From positions 7,593 through 50,074 of the forward strand of contig DITX01000173.1 in assembly GCA_002422225.1 (NCBI GenBank): DNA of 42,482 nt, written 5' to 3'. The notes beneath the pieces were generated by a model that saw nothing but the letters and a program-made list of their open reading frames with translations, had not been told where the DNA came from and ran no database searches. Source of the stretch: Gammaproteobacteria bacterium UBA6173 (lineage in GTDB: Bacteria; Pseudomonadota; Gammaproteobacteria; Pseudomonadales; Pseudohongiellaceae). A program made the position numbers and the translations under genes. Shown here piece by piece: positions 39,786 to 42,482 of this stretch; position 1 is the stretch's first letter; each line of letters starts with the position of its first letter.

Positions 39786-41180
39786 ATGGGATCTGGCAAC
39801 ACAAAAGCAGAAAAGCAATTTTTCGGAACAGATGGCATTCGCGGTCGGGTTGGTGAATACCCAATCACGCCAGATTTTATGCTTAAGCTGGGTTGGGCTG
39901 CGGGTAAAGTATTTGCCAAATCCGGTGGTCAGCGCAGCAAAATTCTGATTGGCAAAGATACGCGCATTTCGGGATATATGTTTGAGGCAGCACTTGAGGC
40001 CGGCTTGGCATCAGCTGGTGTTGATATCAATATGCTAGGGCCTATGCCAACACCCGCAATTGCCTATTTGACGCGGACATTTGGTGCGCAGGCTGGCATC
40101 GTCATCAGTGCGTCCCACAACGCTTTTCAGGACAATGGCATCAAGTTTTTTGACGGTGATGGCGCTAAACTGCCTGATGAGACCGAGCTGGCGATTGAAG
40201 AGTATCTGAGCAAAGACATTACCACCGTCAGTTCCGCTGATATCGGAAAGGTCTCCCGTATTACCGACGCAGCCGGCAGATACATTGAGTATTGCAAACG
40301 CACCGTGCCGGGAAATGCGGTATTGCGCGGCTTGAATGTTGTGATTGATTGCGCGAATGGATCGACTTATCACATTGCAGGAAATGTGTTTTCAGAACTG
40401 GGTGCAAGCATCAAAGCAATTGGTGTCTCACCCAACGGTCTCAATATTAATCAGGACTGCGGTTCCACGTCCCCGATGGGGCTGGTTCAACAAGTGCTGG
40501 CTGAGCAGGCTGATATTGGCATTGCGTTTGATGGTGATGGTGATCGTGTCATCATGGTCGATCATCTGGGCAATATCGTTGATGGTGATGAACTGTTGTA
40601 CATCATTGCGCGGGACCGTCGTCGCCGCCACATGGCATTTGGTGGCGTTGTGGGTACGCTGATGAGCAATCTTGGTCTTGAGCTTGGACTCGAAGCGCTG
40701 GATGTGCCTTTTGCCCGCACAGATGTCGGTGATCGGTATGTGATGGAAATGCTGAAGAAAAAGTCCTGGTTGCTGGGAGGTGAGTCTTCCGGCCACATTG
40801 TCTGCCTTGACGTCGGCACAACCGGCGATGGCATTGTTTCTGCGCTGCAAGTATTGGCTGCGATGATGCAAACCAATTCCAGTCTGTTTGAGTTGCGCAG
40901 CAAAATGCGAAAAATGCCGCAGACCATGGTTAACGTGCGAGTGAGTAGCAAAACCTTGGTGATGGACAGTGTGCCCGTCAAGTTGGCCGTCAAGGATGTG
41001 GAGTCAAAAATGGCAGGGCGTGGTCGGGTGCTGCTGAGACCCTCAGGCACGGAGCCTGTGGTACGGGTCATGGTTGAAGGTGATGATCAGGTGTTGGTGG
41101 CAGGGTATGCAGAAGAAATTGCCGATGTCGTCAAGTCGGTTTCCAGTCCAGTCCAGTGTGAGTGTATCGGGGATAAATAG
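39786..41180 (+). CDS. glmM: Phosphoglucosamine mutase
   Basis: [34 protein letters not shown]. Confidence 0.98.
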   Translation: MGSGNTKAEKQFFGTDGIRGRVGEYPITPDFMLKLGWAAGKVFAKSGGQRSKILIGKDTRISGYMFEAALEAGLASAGVDINMLGPMPTPAIAYLTRTFGAQAGIVISASHNAFQDNGIKFFDGDGAKLPDETELAIEEYLSKDITTVSSADIGKVSRITDAAGRYIEYCKRTVPGNAVLRGLNVVIDCANGSTYHIAGNVFSELGASIKAIGVSPNGLNINQDCGSTSPMGLVQQVLAEQADIGIAFDGDGDRVIMVDHLGNIVDGDELLYIIARDRRRRHMAFGGVVGTLMSNLGLELGLEALDVPFARTDVGDRYVMEMLKKKSWLLGGESSGHIVCLDVGTTGDGIVSALQVLAAMMQTNSSLFELRSKMRKMPQTMVNVRVSSKTLVMDSVPVKLAVKDVESKMAGRGRVLLRPSGTEPVVRVMVEGDDQVLVAGYAEEIADVVKSVSSPVQCECIGDK

Positions 41181-41297
41181 ATTTTCTGATTTGATCTGAT
41201 CTGCGCTGTTGCGCTGTCTTGCAAGGCAGGTTCAAAGTGGTTATAGTTGCGCCCCCGTGGAAGCTCGGTCGGCGCAGCAGTACAAAGGATAGTGAAT

Positions 41298-42053
41298 ATG
41301 CGTCGAGCGCTGGTTGCCGCGAACTGGAAAATGCATGGGAACCGAAACTTCATTCGAGAACTGGTTTCCGGAATGATGCCTGCGCTGGCAGGTGGTGTAA
41401 ATGGCGTTGACATCGTACTTTGTCCGCCTTTCCCCTACTTGCAGATGGTAGATGCCATGATCCGGGGCGCCGAAATTGTGTTGGGCGCGCAGGATATCTG
41501 GACTGAAGACAGCGGACCGTATACCGGTGAAGTATCGGGTGCGATGCTGGCAGATTTTAAGGTGCGATACGTTATCGTTGGGCACTCAGAGCGACGAAGT
41601 CTGATCGCTGAAAGTGATCAGTTGGTGGCTGAGAAATTTTGTTCAGCCCAGCAGTGCGGGTTGATCCCGGTGCTGTGTGTAGGAGAAACGCTCGAAGAGC
41701 GCGATCAAGGGCACGCCGAGCTTGTGGTCAGGCGGCAGTTGAGCGCCGTGATTGAGCGGACAGGTGTTGCAAGTTTGAACAAGGCAGTCATCGCTTATGA
41801 GCCGGTCTGGGCCATTGGTACCGGTCGATCAGCAAGCGTAGAGCAAGCGCAGGAAATGCATGCAGCAATCAGACAGATGATTGCGCTGCAGGATGATGAA
41901 ATAGCGCAGTCAGTACAAATTATTTACGGTGGTAGCGTCAGTCCGGAGAATGCCCCGGAATTGTTTGCGCAACCCGATATCGATGGCGGGCTGGTGGGCG
42001 GAGCATCTTTGAATGCTGACCTGTTTGTTCGTATATGCCAGAGTGTGAGTTGA
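41298..42053 (+). CDS. tpiA: Triosephosphate isomerase
   Basis: ANWKM, GHSERR, AYEPVWAIGTG, YGGSV, GLVGGASL. Confidence 0.98.
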   Translation: MRRALVAANWKMHGNRNFIRELVSGMMPALAGGVNGVDIVLCPPFPYLQMVDAMIRGAEIVLGAQDIWTEDSGPYTGEVSGAMLADFKVRYVIVGHSERRSLIAESDQLVAEKFCSAQQCGLIPVLCVGETLEERDQGHAELVVRRQLSAVIERTGVASLNKAVIAYEPVWAIGTGRSASVEQAQEMHAAIRQMIALQDDEIAQSVQIIYGGSVSPENAPELFAQPDIDGGLVGGASLNADLFVRICQSVS

Positions 42054-42056
42054 ATT

Positions 42057-42455
42057 ATGGAAACGCTGATCGTGGTTGTGCACATCATTGCCGCCATCGC
42101 AATTATTGCGCTGGTATTGCTGCAGCAAGGCAAAGGCGCCGATGCGGGCGCAGCTTTTGGAAGTGGTGCATCACAAACTGTTTTTGGTAGTTCTGGAAGT
42201 GGTAACTTTCTGACCCGATCTACTACAATAGCCGCGGTGATATTTTTTGTTACCAGTCTGACGCTGGCAATCTATGCCAAGCAGTACAGTCTGGGTGGAA
42301 ATCTGGATGGTGGCGCGCCGTTGGTAAGCCCGGACATTCTGCGTGAGCTTGAGCAGTCAGATATTCCGCAGCTGGGCACTGCTCCTGCTGCGTCTGATAT
42401 CCCGGCTGCGCCAGCGAGTGATGTGCCAGCCAGCGAAGTGCCAGTCGTTCAGTAA
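42057..42455 (+). CDS. secG: Preprotein translocase subunit SecG
   Basis: LVLLQQGKGADAGAAFGSGASQTVFGSSGSGNFL; Pro/Ala-rich tail with SDIP/SDVP/SEVP repeats. Confidence 0.97.
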   Translation: METLIVVVHIIAAIAIIALVLLQQGKGADAGAAFGSGASQTVFGSSGSGNFLTRSTTIAAVIFFVTSLTLAIYAKQYSLGGNLDGGAPLVSPDILRELEQSDIPQLGTAPAASDIPAAPASDVPASEVPVVQ

Positions 42456-42463
42456 ATGTTTTT

Positions 42464-42482
42464 GCCGAAGTGGTGGAATTGG
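42464..42482 (+). tRNA. 5' end of a tRNA, probably tRNA-Leu (cut by the window edge)
   Basis: GCCGAAGTGGTGGAATTGG acceptor strand and D-arm start; a tRNA-Leu commonly follows secG; anticodon not visible. Confidence 0.75.

Noticed and set aside
42355-42452. Repeats in the SecG tail (SDIP, SDVP, SEVP)
   Set aside because: Low-complexity Pro/Ala tails with SDxP motifs are common in gammaproteobacterial SecG

Overview
Gene-dense gammaproteobacterial chromosomal segment with a Pseudomonadales/Cellvibrionales-like gene order; the taxon cannot be fixed from this window. Most of it is housekeeping: yhfA/OsmC, ubiE-ubiJ, DUF971, hslVU, SPOR protein, priA, rpmE, mrcA, a diverged pilMNO(P)Q cluster, aroKB, hemE, folK, bioA/comF/bioBFD, an acyl-CoA dehydrogenase, an ECF sigma/anti-sigma pair, dapB-carAB-greA, yhbY, ftsH-folP-glmM-tpiA-secG and the start of a tRNA-Leu. 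The clearest accessory system is a three-gene RiPP cluster at 513-2722 (minus strand): secreted Cys-rich precursor, MNIO/DUF692 enzyme and DUF2063-type partner. Its 173-aa precursor carries two tandem bufferin-like domains with different Cys complements (4 and 6). Other oddities: a 280-aa secreted protein resembling only the C-terminal strands of a TonB-dependent receptor barrel, an eroded rlmE relic upstream of ftsH, a PilP-like tail fused to PilO, probable attenuators before carA and greA, and several genes missing from their usual syntenic positions. All family assignments are from motif recognition, not database searches.
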